Assembly: GCF_006345805.1 (NCBI RefSeq)
Contig: NC_043004.1
Span: 29,760,001-29,824,000, forward strand
Source: Octopus sinensis
Lineage: Eukaryota
Direction: 5' to 3'
Length of the DNA stretch: 64,000 bases
Shown: piece by piece, positions 1 to 11,543 of the stretch
Layout: every line of letters starts with the position of its first letter
Numbering within the stretch: the first letter of the stretch is position 1
Made by a program: the position numbers and the translations under genes
The notes under the pieces: generated by a model
The model's database searches: none
What the model saw: the letters and a program-made list of their open reading frames with translations, nothing else
Told to the model about the DNA's origin: nothing

Positions 1-1005
1 ATTAAGGAGAGAATGTGTATGTCTTTTTGACTAAATTGCTATTGTCCACCTCCATATATACTGCTCTATTAAAGAAATCCTACGCTCCCTTAATTCTTTT
101 TCTGATCCTCCTCTGCTCAACATCAGGCAAGTTGCTTCTTGTATTTAGTGAGTGAAGCTGCCGATAAATAGCTGTATCATATTCATACTACACCCTATTG
201 CCTTTCAAAGAAACTATACACTAAATAATGTCGTTAGAGACACATGAACAGAATATCATGGTCCTGAAAGCCATTAATCATAATTAGTTCGTTCGCTTCC
301 CTTAATAAGCCATACTGTAATACTATATAAAAGCATCATCCCTCTACACTTTACGCTGAACACTTTTGCTCTCTATTATTTACCTTAGGAACTGCCGTCC
401 CATTGAAACCTCTTTCTGCAGACCTCCAGCTAATGATGTTGAAACACCAATATCGATCAATTGTCAGGGTACTAACTGCACCTCTTCCTCAAGCAAATCA
501 ACTACAACGCAAAAAAAAAAGGAACATGTTGATATTATGTAAACGAAATAAAATGAAATTAATAAATTAAATGGAAGTTAAACTCTTGAAATACCCCAAC
601 TGGCAAAATTAAATTAATAAAAGTTTACAAAATCTTATAGTTGTAAGTTTGAACTCCCACGATTCGAACAGGGCCTTGGTTGACAGCTATAGCTATAGAG
701 TAAGCTGTTGTATAAAAGGGATCAGTGATTCACATCTATGATGTTGAACTGATTACTTTTGTGCAACTTGTAGCTCGATGGGGGCAGATTAAGGACTACA
801 CAGCAAAATGCAACAAGCTTCCGAAATTGCTGTCATACAATTTCTTTTTCTCTCTTGTACTTTATTTCTTTGTCATTTTCTATCGTTGTTGTAAATTGAT
901 TACACACGCACACATTGTCCAACAGAATATTACTTGTCATGGCAAATAGCTGGTTAGATTGCTACCGACGGTTTCACGCCGACTATCGCACTCATATATA
1001 TATAT

Positions 1006-1108
1006 AATGGAGAAGGCCGGTTTATGGAATTACCTTAGGTTTCCTGTCAATAAAGGTTCTTTATGGACGAGGAACCCAAGGTAATCCCATAAACCGGCCT
1101 TCCCCATT
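1006..1108. repeat. ~103-nt near-perfect hairpin (MITE-like palindrome)
   Basis: Left arm AATGGAGAAGGCCGGTTTATGGAATTACCTTAGGTTTCCT pairs with right arm AGGAACCCAAGGTAATCCCATAAACCGGCCTTCCCCATT; inner GTC-ATAAAG/CTTTAT-GAC also pairs; AT-rich flanks. Confidence 0.85.
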
Positions 1109-1888
1109 TTTAATATACACTGTTCTATATCTAAGAGTATGCTCCTTTCGGATTTATGTTTTTTTACAAACGACACACACACTCATATATTACATTTGTT
1201 AAGTATATTCATATGTATGTACAAAAGCTTATGCATACATAATGAATGTATAGATAGATATTTAAAAATATAAACATGTTCAACAAAGCCATTTATTCAA
1301 GGACAAATATTTAATTAAGAAAGATGTTTTTTTTATAAAAATAATGTCTTCTTTATCATATTTCCTATCAAATATGATGAGAGAGAAAAAGTACAATATA
1401 GACACCAAAGTGGAGCAACAATTAATACTATAATATTTTTTAGATAAGGAGGTCTGTGGTAATTATCTAAAAGGAAAGTAATATAAAACTATTGCGCATG
1501 AATAAATAACGTATCTAAGTTCACATAACTAGGTCGAGAAATCTGTGTAGGATTATTAGATAAAATATTTCCAAACAAACACTAAATATTTGTTTCTGAG
1601 TGAAATACGTTATTTCTTTGTCATGGGGATGTGCACAGAATTGTTTCAATAGACCAATTAGGCCTGTTAAAAGGCCTATCCATCTTATGACCCTACCATC
1701 CTTTCTTCTGAAATAGACTACCCCGGGCAACACTGTCCATTATGTAATTTCATTAAACGATAAGGTGTGGCTTCAGGAATATTTGACTGTTATTTCCAGC
1801 AGGTATAGTTATTTGTTTCGCGCCTTTCAAAACTTTCGTTACACCTGCTTACGGTTCAAAAAGTACAATGTATTATTATCAACATTGT

Positions 1889-2215
1889 AAGGTGGCGAGC
1901 TGGAAGAAACGTTAGGACGCCGGACGAAATGCGTAGCCGTATTTCGTCTGCCGCTATGTTCTGAGTTCAAATTCCGCTGAGGTCGACTTTGCCTTTCATC
2001 CTTACGGGGTCGATAAATTAAGTACCAGTTACGCATTGGGGTCGATATAATCAACTTAATCCGTTTGTCTGTCCTTATTTGTCCTCTCTGTGTTTAGTCC
2101 CTTGTGGGTAGTAAAGAAATAGGTATTTCGTCTGTCATTACGTTCTGAGTTAGACTTTGCCTTTCATTCTTTCGGAGTCGATAAATTAAGTACCAGTTGC
2201 TTACTGGTGTGATTA
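1889..2215 (+). mobile_element. tRNA-derived SINE (family A), young CpG-intact copy plus partial second copy
   Basis: Head GGTGGCGAGCTGG...GTTCTGAGTTCAAATTCC (B-box) and central GTCGACTTTGCCTTTCATCC...GGGGTCGATAAATTAAGTACCAG; the same family recurs at 17890-18110, 23560-25800, 27660-27850, 39915-40020 and 58800-58920. Confidence 0.85.
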
Positions 2216-2324
2216 TCAATGGCTGATCAGCGTGATGGATATATAATACTGTACACTTCGGATAACATACCCACTCTATTACATCATTTTCCTGACTTAC
2301 GGACTTTTTAGACGACTTACACTC

Positions 2325-2406
<82 letters not shown>

Positions 2407-2779
2407 ATAAAATTACAAATTGAGATAGGGGTTGTGAGTGCAACCCACCATGGGATAACATGTATCCAATATACTGCTAGTAAAGCACCCAACAAAGTTA
2501 ATACATAAATGTTAGGAATTGCGATGCACTGTATTATATGGGCAAAGGTAAAATGTTTTACCACAAATTAATAATACAACATAAGGAACTGGAGAAATAC
2601 ATCTTAATCAATAATCAACTACCAGATAATACCCAATCACATGATTTATTAAACCACTACATAAGAACATTAAGGTCAAACACAATAATAATATAGAACA
2701 AAACAATGTACATCAATGAGTAATAAGATACAGTATGTATAAGTGAATATAAATAAATACAAATATAAATATAAACTAC

Positions 2780-2906
2780 ATCTTACAGCTGTTTCAGCCA
2801 TGCAGATATGGGTGCCTCATTATGCTCATATTAGCCATGTGTGATAGGTTAATAAGTAGTTATAAATGAGACACTTACAAAAATATCCCAAAGCCTCTTC
2901 AGAGAT
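2780..2906 (-). ncRNA. Minimal type-I hammerhead ribozyme motif in Penelope-type pseudo-LTR remnant
   Basis: Minus strand: stem I ATCT / CTGAAGA / imperfect long stem II (GGCTTTGGGATAT...ATATCTGCATGGCT) / GAAA / C-AGCT-G palindromic stem III / GUA cleavage triplet / AGAT. Confidence 0.7.
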
Positions 2907-3706
2907 TATGAAGAACAAACTAAATTAAATATGAAAATGTAACACCTCTGATTTTCATATTTAATTGAAAATTAAATAGTTAAATTAGTTGATTATTGAT
3001 TAAGATGTACTTCTCCATTTCCTTATTTTGTATATATATATATGTGTAAAAACTAACACTTACTTTTTCTGAGCTGAGGTTCAAAACCGAATCTAAGGAT
3101 TCTTGCTTGTCTGATTCACCACTGGCCGAACAGGCACAAAGAAATTTCTTTGTCCATTCAAAAAATGATGGATGGATTTCCATACGACCTGAGCTGTGTC
3201 ATTTAAGGTTCAAGTGGACAGGAGGTGACCTACATAAGTAGAAATTACTCCTGTGGTATGTCTATCCTTCTAGCTGTCATGACCATTATAAATATAGTCG
3301 GACATATGACAGAGGCAGATAGCCATCACCAGGAGATAGCCAGTCAAGCAGCCAACATAGAACCACATATTCAGCATGAATGACCCAACACAGTAGCAGT
3401 TGCAGAACATAAACAGACACCACCCAATGACCAATGTACACACAGACAGAAAATATGTCCAGTTCTGCCTCATCACATCGATGCAGTAGTTCTCTTGTTT
3501 GTTTTCTGCTTTGCCAACTCAAAGCAAGTTGGTAATATCATGTAGTGAAACTTTTGGTGCATACAAGTAAATGCAAGTGTCGATTAAAAAAATTATCTAA
3601 ACCACAATCCGATGCTTTCCCATTGTTTTACTTTGATGCCATCCTCATGCCTATTTCATCTACTACCTCAACATCTTTTGCTACACCTTTCCCACAACAT
3701 ATATAC

Positions 3707-4136
3707 AGTGTTGGACCTCACAGAGGCAAAGTGGCTGAGTTCCTCTCATTGGGCCTCACGAAAGCAAACTTGCTGAGTTCTTTCCGAGCATTGGACCTCA
3801 TGAAGGCAAAGTGACCAAGTGTCTTTTGAGTGTTGGGCCTCCCGGAAGCAATGACTAGACTATTGGCATTATGTCATGCTTGAGAAGAAGACCCATCACG
3901 CTGAGCAAAATCACAGTCATGGCAGATACTGATGGCATGCAAATTGGCATGCATGCCAATAGCACATAAAAGCACCCATTACGCTCTTGGAATGGTTGGC
4001 ATTAGGAAGGGCATCCAGCCATAGAAAACCATGCCAAATCAAACTGGAGTCTGGTGCACCTTTCCAGCATGCCAGCCCAGTCAAACCATCCAACCCATTG
4101 CCAGCATGGACAATGGATGTGAAATGATGATGATGA

Positions 4137-4140
<4 letters not shown>
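3707..4140 (+). mobile_element. RTE-type 3' UTR / RTE-tailed SINE remnant
   Basis: GGTTGGCATTAGGAAGGGCATCCAGCC...CCAGCATGGA...(GAT)n tail shared with the RTE copy at 4170-5082 and with many other copies. Confidence 0.75.
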
Positions 4141-4169
<29 letters not shown>

Positions 4170-4170
<1 letters not shown>

Positions 4171-5082
4171 CGCTCTGTCGATGTGTAATGTCAGTGTGCA
4201 TACTCGACAGAGCGTTAGTACCTTGAGAGAAATGTTGGACCTAAGAAGCATCAGTTGTGGTGTGCAAGAGAGACGATTGCGCTGGTATGGTCATGTGGCA
4301 AGAATGGATGAAGATAGGTGTGTGAAAAAGTGCCAATCCCTTGCAGTTGAGGGAACCTGTGGAAGAGGTAGACCCAGGAAAACCTGGGACGAGGTGGTGA
4401 AGCACGACCTTCGAACTTTAGGCCTCACTGAGGAAATGACCAGCGACCGAGATCTTTGGAAATATGCTGTGCGTGAGAAGAACAGGCAGGACAAGTGAGT
4501 CCAGCCCACTTATGCATGCCTTTCCTCCCTTGGACACACAAAGACCTGTTGAGACAAGCGAAGTCGATATCGAACCTCATCCAACGACAGGCACCCATGC
4601 CAACCCCCCTTTGCTTGCGAAGACCTGTTGGGGCAAGTGAAATCGGAATCGAAATTGAACTAATCCTATGACTGGCACCCGGCAGATGCCAGGACCCCTG
4701 GACTGGTGGTACGTAAAAAGCACCATCCGAATCGTGGCTGACGCCAGTGCCGCCTCGACTGGCTTCCATGCCGGTGGCACGTAAAAAGCACCATCCGAAT
4801 CGTGGCCGATGCCAGTGCCGCCTTGACTGGCTTCCATGCCAGTGGCACGTAAAATGCACCAATCTGACCGTGGCCGTTGCCAGCCTCGCCTGGCACCTGT
4901 GCAGGTGGCATGTAAAAAGCACCCACTACACTCACGGAGTGGTTGGCGTTAGGAAGGGCATCCAGCTGTAGAAACATTGCCAGATAAGACTAGAGCCTGG
5001 TGCAGCCTTCTGGCTTCCCAGATCCCCAGTCGAACCGTCCAACCCATGCTAGCATGGAGAATGGATGTTAAACGATGATGAT
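4170..5082 (+). mobile_element. 5'-truncated RTE-clade non-LTR retrotransposon (ORF C-terminus plus 3' UTR)
   Basis: ORF 4031-4498 ends RRLRWYGHVARMDEDRCVKKCQSLAVEGTCGRGRPRKTWDEVV, a typical RTE C-terminus; followed by a UTR with ~68-bp tandem units and a (GAT)n tail. Confidence 0.9.
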
Positions 5083-5093
5083 ATATATATATA

Positions 5094-5150
<57 letters not shown>

Positions 5151-5399
5151 TAGAAAAAAACTACCTTTTTTCAATTGAAAATGAACAATTAAATTACACC
5201 ATCTAGAAAATTATATATATTAGAAATATGATCCACTAATTATATTTAAATTAATATTTAAATTTATATAGGCAATGTAGTTATATAGTTTTCAATTCAG
5301 TCACATTTCATGGCACTTGGGGAGTATCTTTTACTATATCCTTGGGCCAATCAAAGCTTTGTGAGTAGAATCAAAGCTTTGTGAAGGAATTCCTACATA

Positions 5400-6400
5400 T
5401 GTATGCATGTTTACTTTTTCTCTTTATAATTTAGAATTCATTTTCGCCAACCACTTGTTTGCTAGCAAGATTGTAAAGGAAAGCATCTTGTTTCATTGAT
5501 CATCTTTTAAAAGGTCTTGTAGATTTTTTCTTGTTCCAGATAACGTGATCATTTAAAGTGTATGAGTTAAGGAATTGTATTCTCTCCCCAAAACCCAAGT
5601 TCAGCCATACTTGGATTGATATGTATCCTGTTGCTCTTACAATACACTTAAATTGTATCTTGGGTACTGGATTTGAAAACTTCTTATCAATAATCCTTTC
5701 TCTCTCCTGTATTTTTCTGATCACAGTAGCGTTCAGATGGCAATTGATTTCCACAACATTATCTAATCAGTTTTGTTTTAAACATGGTGAATGTTTTAAT
5801 TTTTAAGGTTCATCACTATTCTTTTGATCCAACCGGTCTCAATATAGTCAACATTGTCTGTTGGTGTTTTCTTCTTTTTCCATTTGTATTCTGTTCCAGA
5901 CTGTTCTGGCTATTGCATTTAGAAGACATTTTCTTGCTGTTGGCAATAATGTAGTTGTTGTCTTCAGTTGCACATCCTACGCTTGCTGTCTGTCAATATT
6001 TTCTAGCTTTTATGCTGCAAGTAATTAGTAGGGATCCCTTGTTATTATTGCATGGCGGTAGCTTTCAACATAAGCTATCATAAACTTGACAGTACTCCAT
6101 GCCAAGCTTTTAAAATGATTTATTCCCTTTATGGCCTGCATGTTTTGTGCCTAATACCCATGCACTTTCTTCTTAAGGAATTGATCCATTTTTTTTGTTG
6201 TTGTTGTTGTTGTTCTGATAAAAAAAAATTTAAGAATGCTCTTTGGGAGGAGATTTGCATCAGCTTTTAGTTCATGTCTCTCCTTAAGTTCATTAGCTAT
6301 CCTAATGATGTTGTTTTCATGGTTGCAAGTTTGAGCAAGATAGTTACTGGCCTCTTTCATCTGCTGCAGATATTACTTCAGTGTTACAATATGCTTTCCA
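5400..6400 (-). mobile_element. Degenerate R4/Dong-like (RLE-type) non-LTR retrotransposon 3' fragment
   Basis: EINCHLNATVIRKIQER...IVRATGYI resembles the restriction-like endonuclease C-terminus of R4/Dong elements; many stops. Confidence 0.6.
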
Positions 6401-6484
6401 TATGAAATCAATACAGATTTAAGACCACAGCCACCATCCTAGTGTGGGATCTCAAGCAAACAATCTATTTAGTTATATTTCTAT

Positions 6485-6893
6485 CTTTCTTTCTATCTTT
6501 TACTTGTTTCAGTCATTTGACTGCAGCCATGCTGGAGCACCGCCTTTAGTTGAGCAAATCGACCCTGGGACTTATTCTTTGTAAGCCCAGTACTTATTCT
6601 ATCGGTCTCTTTTGCAGAACCGCTGAGTGACGGGGACATAAACACACCAGCATCAGTTGTCAAGCAATGCTAGGGGGACAAACACAGACACACAAACACA
6701 CACACACATACATATACATATATATACATATATATGACAGGCTTCTTTCAGTTTCCGTCTACTAAATCCACTCACAAGGCATTGGTTGGCCCGGGGCTAT
6801 AGCAGAAGACACTTGCCCAAGATGCCATGCAGTGGGACTGAACCCGGAACAATGTGGTTGGTTAGCAAGCTACTTACCAAACAGCCACTCCTG
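6485..6893 (-). mobile_element. tRNA-derived SINE (family B, CORE-like CTTGGGCAAGTGTCTT segment, internal microsatellite)
   Basis: Reverse complement of the family seen at 53050-53468 and 58190-58575; other copies or fragments at 11395-11760, 39390-39490, 43260-43400, 51650-51780 and 63240-63350. Confidence 0.85.
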
Positions 6894-7626
6894 TTCATTT
6901 AATTTTTTTCATTTTTTTTACTAAATAAACACACACACACTATATATTTGTTCTACACTTCAAATTTATTATTGTTCTTATTTTAAGCCCTTTGTCTGGA
7001 AACCTTTTGTCACACATCCTGTGATCTCTTCAAGGACTCTTCATCCTATGTGTCTCTTCCTGTTCTGTTTAGTACATACTGTCTTTCTGTGTTTATTTGA
7101 CAAGAAAAAAAAATGACCATCTTGAAATATAACAATATTTGTTTCAATACATGATTTCACACCAAGAATCTTGCAAAATAAGTACATAAAAATAAAAAAT
7201 CTATTTAGTGTTTTTCCATTTATACTCTGCAGATTTATATTTTAATTTCTTAGTGTGTGTGTGTGAGTGTTTATGTGTGTGTGTGTGTGTGCTTGTGTGC
7301 ATATGTGTGTGAATGTATGTTTGTGTGCATATGTGTGTGTGCATGTGCACGCATATGCTGATGTATCTCCTTGTTTTAACACTGCAGTAGTTGTATCATT
7401 GTCATACAAGCAGTGTCAGTCATTCCCAATCTTCCATGTGTCCAACCATGAAGATTGGCTTAAGACCAAAGTCATGGTGTGATGACAGAAAGAGCATAGA
7501 GAAGAAACTGCTTCAGTGAACTCCATGCAATCATGGTAAGGTGGACATTAAAATGATGATGATGATGATATGAAGGGGGAAGAGGAAGATAGCACAGACA
7601 GTAACAATTTTATCTCCCATATTAAG

Positions 7627-7705
7627 GGCATTGCTCCAGCTGATGCTGGCATATTTGCAGAAGCTTCATGGAAATGGTATAAATTCATTTACAACTTATC
7701 CCCAA
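7627..7705 (+). CDS. Candidate internal exon (GIAPADAGIFAEASWKWYKFIYNLSP), unidentified gene
   Basis: Acceptor ttttatctcccatattaag|, donor |gtaagt, open frame, non-repetitive sequence; no homology recognised. Confidence 0.35.
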
Positions 7706-8099
7706 GTAAGTTACCTTAGCACTTTTCCATATATTGAAAATACACACACACACATATGCACATATATATATATATATATATAATATACATTTAATGTTGT
7801 GTCTGGGGAGAGCATGACTCTCCCAAGACACAACAGTACATACTTCAACACACGAACTCACATAAAGAATCTTGCAAACCAAATCCCAAAACGAAAGATA
7901 ATATACATGTATACGTGCATACATACATGCATGCATACATACATACATACATACATACATACATACATACATACATACATACATACATACATACATTCAT
8001 ACATACATATATTCTCATGCCCCCCCCCCCCCAAATGTAATTGGGTCAACAGAGACAAGTGTGGAATATATTCAACTTAGAAATATCCTGGAACCAGGG

Positions 8100-8521
8100 T
8101 TTGCAGAAAACTTTTCTCCTTTCTTGAAACTGTTGTGAAGTGACAAACCATTCTTAAGATTAAGAAAAATTCTCACAACACTAATGTTGAAAGTTGAGAG
8201 CACATGGAATCATGTGATGTTAATTACTGGAATATTAATACCCTCACATATACAGCTGCTATCTTTCTTCTAGAATACCTAGGAGAAATCTGCAGTATAC
8301 ATGGTAAAGAAACTACTAAACAGAAACAACTTAGATGGAAAACAAAACCTGAAGAAAACATCAACAATCTGTGCCACCATAATAGATGGTCAACCATGAT
8401 AATAAAATGTAAGAGGAATAATAAGTTTACACATTGTCGATTACATCTTATGGATAAATTAACAAAAGTGTATGGTGACTCTTCACACCAAGCTCTTGAG
8501 GGAAGGTTAATTACTCTAAAA
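8100..8521 (+). mobile_element. R4/Dong-like retrotransposon, pre-RT fragment (continues at 9790-10920)
   Basis: NINTLTYTAA...RWKTKPEENINNL resembles the R4/Dong pre-RT region; interrupted by the hAT MITE at 8522. Confidence 0.55.
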
Positions 8522-9492
8522 CCGTGATTCCCAACCCTTTTATTGAAATGAGTTTTCCCACGGACCCCTTTTAAATATGCTTATCCTTATGTGTGTGTCA
8601 CTTGTTGTTATGTCCTGTTAAAACTCCGAATGACCAGTCCTTGCTTTCTTTGTATCGTCTGTCTGGATGTTTTGTTGTCCCCTTTTTTGTATCACCTATC
8701 TGTCTGGATGTTTTTTGTTCTTGTCCCATTTTTTTTTTATATTTATAAAATATAGCAGCGTACGTACACTTTGGTCTCTTATAAGTAAGTATATATATAT
8801 CTAAATTTTGTATTACTCTATTATTCTTTTTATTCTTTCATTCTTTCCCTCTTTCTTTCAGCCTTTTCACACTTCATTCATTCCACTCATCGTTCTTTAG
8901 TTCCCCTTCTTTCACATTTCCTGGCCTTCTCTTCATGCTCACTTTCCTTCCTCTTTCACTTGACTGTGTCCCTTTCATTTTTTTCCTTGCCCCTCCTTAA
9001 TTCTTCTATCCCTCTGCCTCTACCTCTCTCTCTTCTCTCCCTACATGACCGGTGTTCGCCCAGGCCTGACCTTTCTTTCATGGTTTGACTACCATCCATA
9101 CAATATCTATATTCCTCCCTGTGCTTGTTAAATCTTATGTCCATGCTGTAAGGCTTTACTTCCACACATGCCAGATTAATTTAATTCATCCTTAATTGAA
9201 AGACACTTGTTGTTATGTCCTGTTAATTGCATTTGTATTTGTGAAACATTTCTCCAATTTTTTTCCGTCCTTGTTTTTGTATACGTTTGCTGCTTTCTTC
9301 CAAGGAATCTAATGCTCTTAGCTTAGTTTTTCCTTGGGGCTGGCCAGATTGGAGCAATCTTGAGTATAACCAGCCGAAATTGCAAAGATAATCTGGAACT
9401 CGACTGAGGATAAAAAACTCTGAATAACCCGTCCTTGTTTTCTTTGTATCATCTGTCTGGATGTTTTGCGTTCTTGTCCCATTTTTGTATTT

Positions 9493-9571
<79 letters not shown>

Positions 9572-9578
9572 ACACATG

Positions 9579-9610
<32 letters not shown>

Positions 9611-9643
9611 CATATATACATATATACATGATCATGATCATGA

Positions 9644-9680
<37 letters not shown>

Positions 9681-9780
9681 TATATGTATATATGTATGAA
9701 ATTTGAATTTAGTTCATGGACCCCTAGTACTACCTTTGCAGACCACCAGGGGTCCATGGACCTCAGGTTGGGAATCATTG
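8522..9780. mobile_element. Non-autonomous hAT-type element with nested insertions
   Basis: TIRs CCGTGATTCCCAACC / GGTTGGGAATCATTG; 8-bp TSD CTCTAAAA (8514-8521) vs CTCTAAGA (9781-9788). Confidence 0.8.
8590..9490 (-). mobile_element. Penelope-like remnant (GIY-YIG fragment plus duplicated pLTR-like flanks) nested in the hAT element
   Basis: RFNKHREE...ERSGLGEH (9040-9170) resembles the PLE GIY-YIG; flank blocks CACTTGTTGTTATGTCCTGTTA and TTTGTATC-TCTGTCTGGATGTTTTG are duplicated. Confidence 0.5.
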
Positions 9781-9789
9781 CTCTAAGAC

Positions 9790-10920
9790 TTGAACTCAGG
9801 GTGCCAAATGAAAATCTTTTCTACTGCAGGTGAATTTTTCAATAAGCCTGTATAAATCACCAGTTTGCTTCAAATCCACAAACATTATACAGAGACACGA
9901 GGAAGGAAAATATTACCATTAAGAAATTCCCCTCTCAAAAAAATCTTGAATCATTCTGGTTGAAACTCTAGGTTGAAATGAAGGATTTCAACCTCAATGC
10001 ATCAATGCTAAATACAATAAGGAGAGAATACTTTATCAACATCAACAGTAAAACTATAATTGATCCAGAAACTTCCACCATAGTTGTAGATAAATTGCAT
10101 AATAGGAAGGTACCTGGAAGGGACCTAATAGTTGGATACTGGTATAAGAGGCTGACATTTTACTGGAGACCACTAACATGTATGATATAGAAGAACAGAT
10201 TGACATACCAAATTCACTTGCTATAGCACAGACAAATCTTGTAGCCAAGAATAAAACCACCAAATTGGCTGAAAACTATAGGCCCATTGCTTGCCTGAAC
10301 ATTATGTACACAAGCTGCCTCAACCAATTCCTCTAGGATCATTGTGAGTTCAGCAACATAATGACTGATAAGCAGGCTGCTGGAAAGAAGGGAATGTGGG
10401 GATGTGCCAAACAACTTTTGATAAATAAAGCTGTACTGTCTGATGTGAAAAAACATTATAGGAGCCTTGAAACAGTATGGCCTGATTTTAGGAAGGCATT
10501 TGATTCTGTTTCCCACTTATGGCCGCTCAAGTGTCAACATTTGGCTCACAATGACCTGGGTCTTTGTGAGTATCACAAAAAGGATCATAAAGACCTTGGC
10601 AACAGTTCTTACACTTGGAACTGGGAGTGGAAAGATTGTTGCCAAAGTTATAAATATTTCAATGGGAATATTCCAAGGAGATAGCTTCTCTGTAATTCTG
10701 TTCATTTTGACATTATCATTGCTGCAACAAATTGCTACATGCTAGGGTCTGCAACTGCTAGAGATATTAAAGTAACTCATTATTTTTTTGTGGATGACCT
10801 CAAGATTTATGCTGAAAATGCTAACAATGCCAAAAATCAACTGGAATTAATAGCAGCATTTTCAGCTGACATAGGGATGGAATTTGACTAAAAGAAATGT
10901 TTGTATTTGATTGTGAATGG
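9790..10920 (+). mobile_element. R4/Dong-like reverse transcriptase fragment, frameshifted
   Basis: KGMWGCAKQLLINKAVL...DFRKAFDSVSH, GIFQGDSFSVILF and FFVDDLKIYA motifs. Confidence 0.85.
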
Positions 10921-11495
10921 GGAAAATCAGGAATAATATTTATGAATAAGGTTTTCCTTGTTTCTGTCACATTTGATGAAGTATATGTGCATATATATGT
11001 AGGGAAATCTTATCACTGGTATTGTGTATTGGTCAGTAATTCAACCTGAGATATTATTTTTTAGTAATATTCTATTCAAAGAAAAGTTCTGTTTACTTTA
11101 TTTAAAACAGAATTAATCATGTTGATGCTTGCAGAGTTTCTATGAAAACTTTGGCACTAATGCTAAATTTATTCATTGTCTTCAAAGAGATAAATTTACT
11201 AAATTTAGATTGTTGCTTCAAGTGCCATAAAAATATTCGGTCACGATTAACTCTGTCTTAAAAATAATTTTCAAACCTACTTGAAGGAACAATTGTGGCT
11301 TAAGTAGTTTCACTTATTGCTGTAATCATGTACCCATAGATGAAGGAGTTCCGAAATCATATTTTTATTGTAATAATCATATATTATCACTTTTGTCACC
11401 ATGTGTGACATCTTGGGCAAGTGTCTTTTACTATAGCCTCAGGTCGACCAAAGCCATGTGAGTGAATTTGGTAGACAGAAACTGAAAGAAGCCTG

Positions 11496-11543
<48 letters not shown>

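Noticed and set aside
389-541. Plus-strand terminal exon (NCRPIETSFC...HVDIM*) with AATAAA
   Set aside because: Equally good minus-strand donor and open frames exist; orientation cannot be decided, so it is not called
4425-4977. Overlapping ORFs of 74-165 aa with internal repeats, and a CRISPR-like look of the repeats
   Set aside because: They arise from the tandem RTE 3' UTR units; there are no unique spacers and no cas genes, and the context is eukaryotic
9331-9390. Hammerhead-like GGCTGG...CCAGCC-GAAA-TTGCAA
   Set aside because: The 5' core (CUGANGA) and stem I cannot be identified
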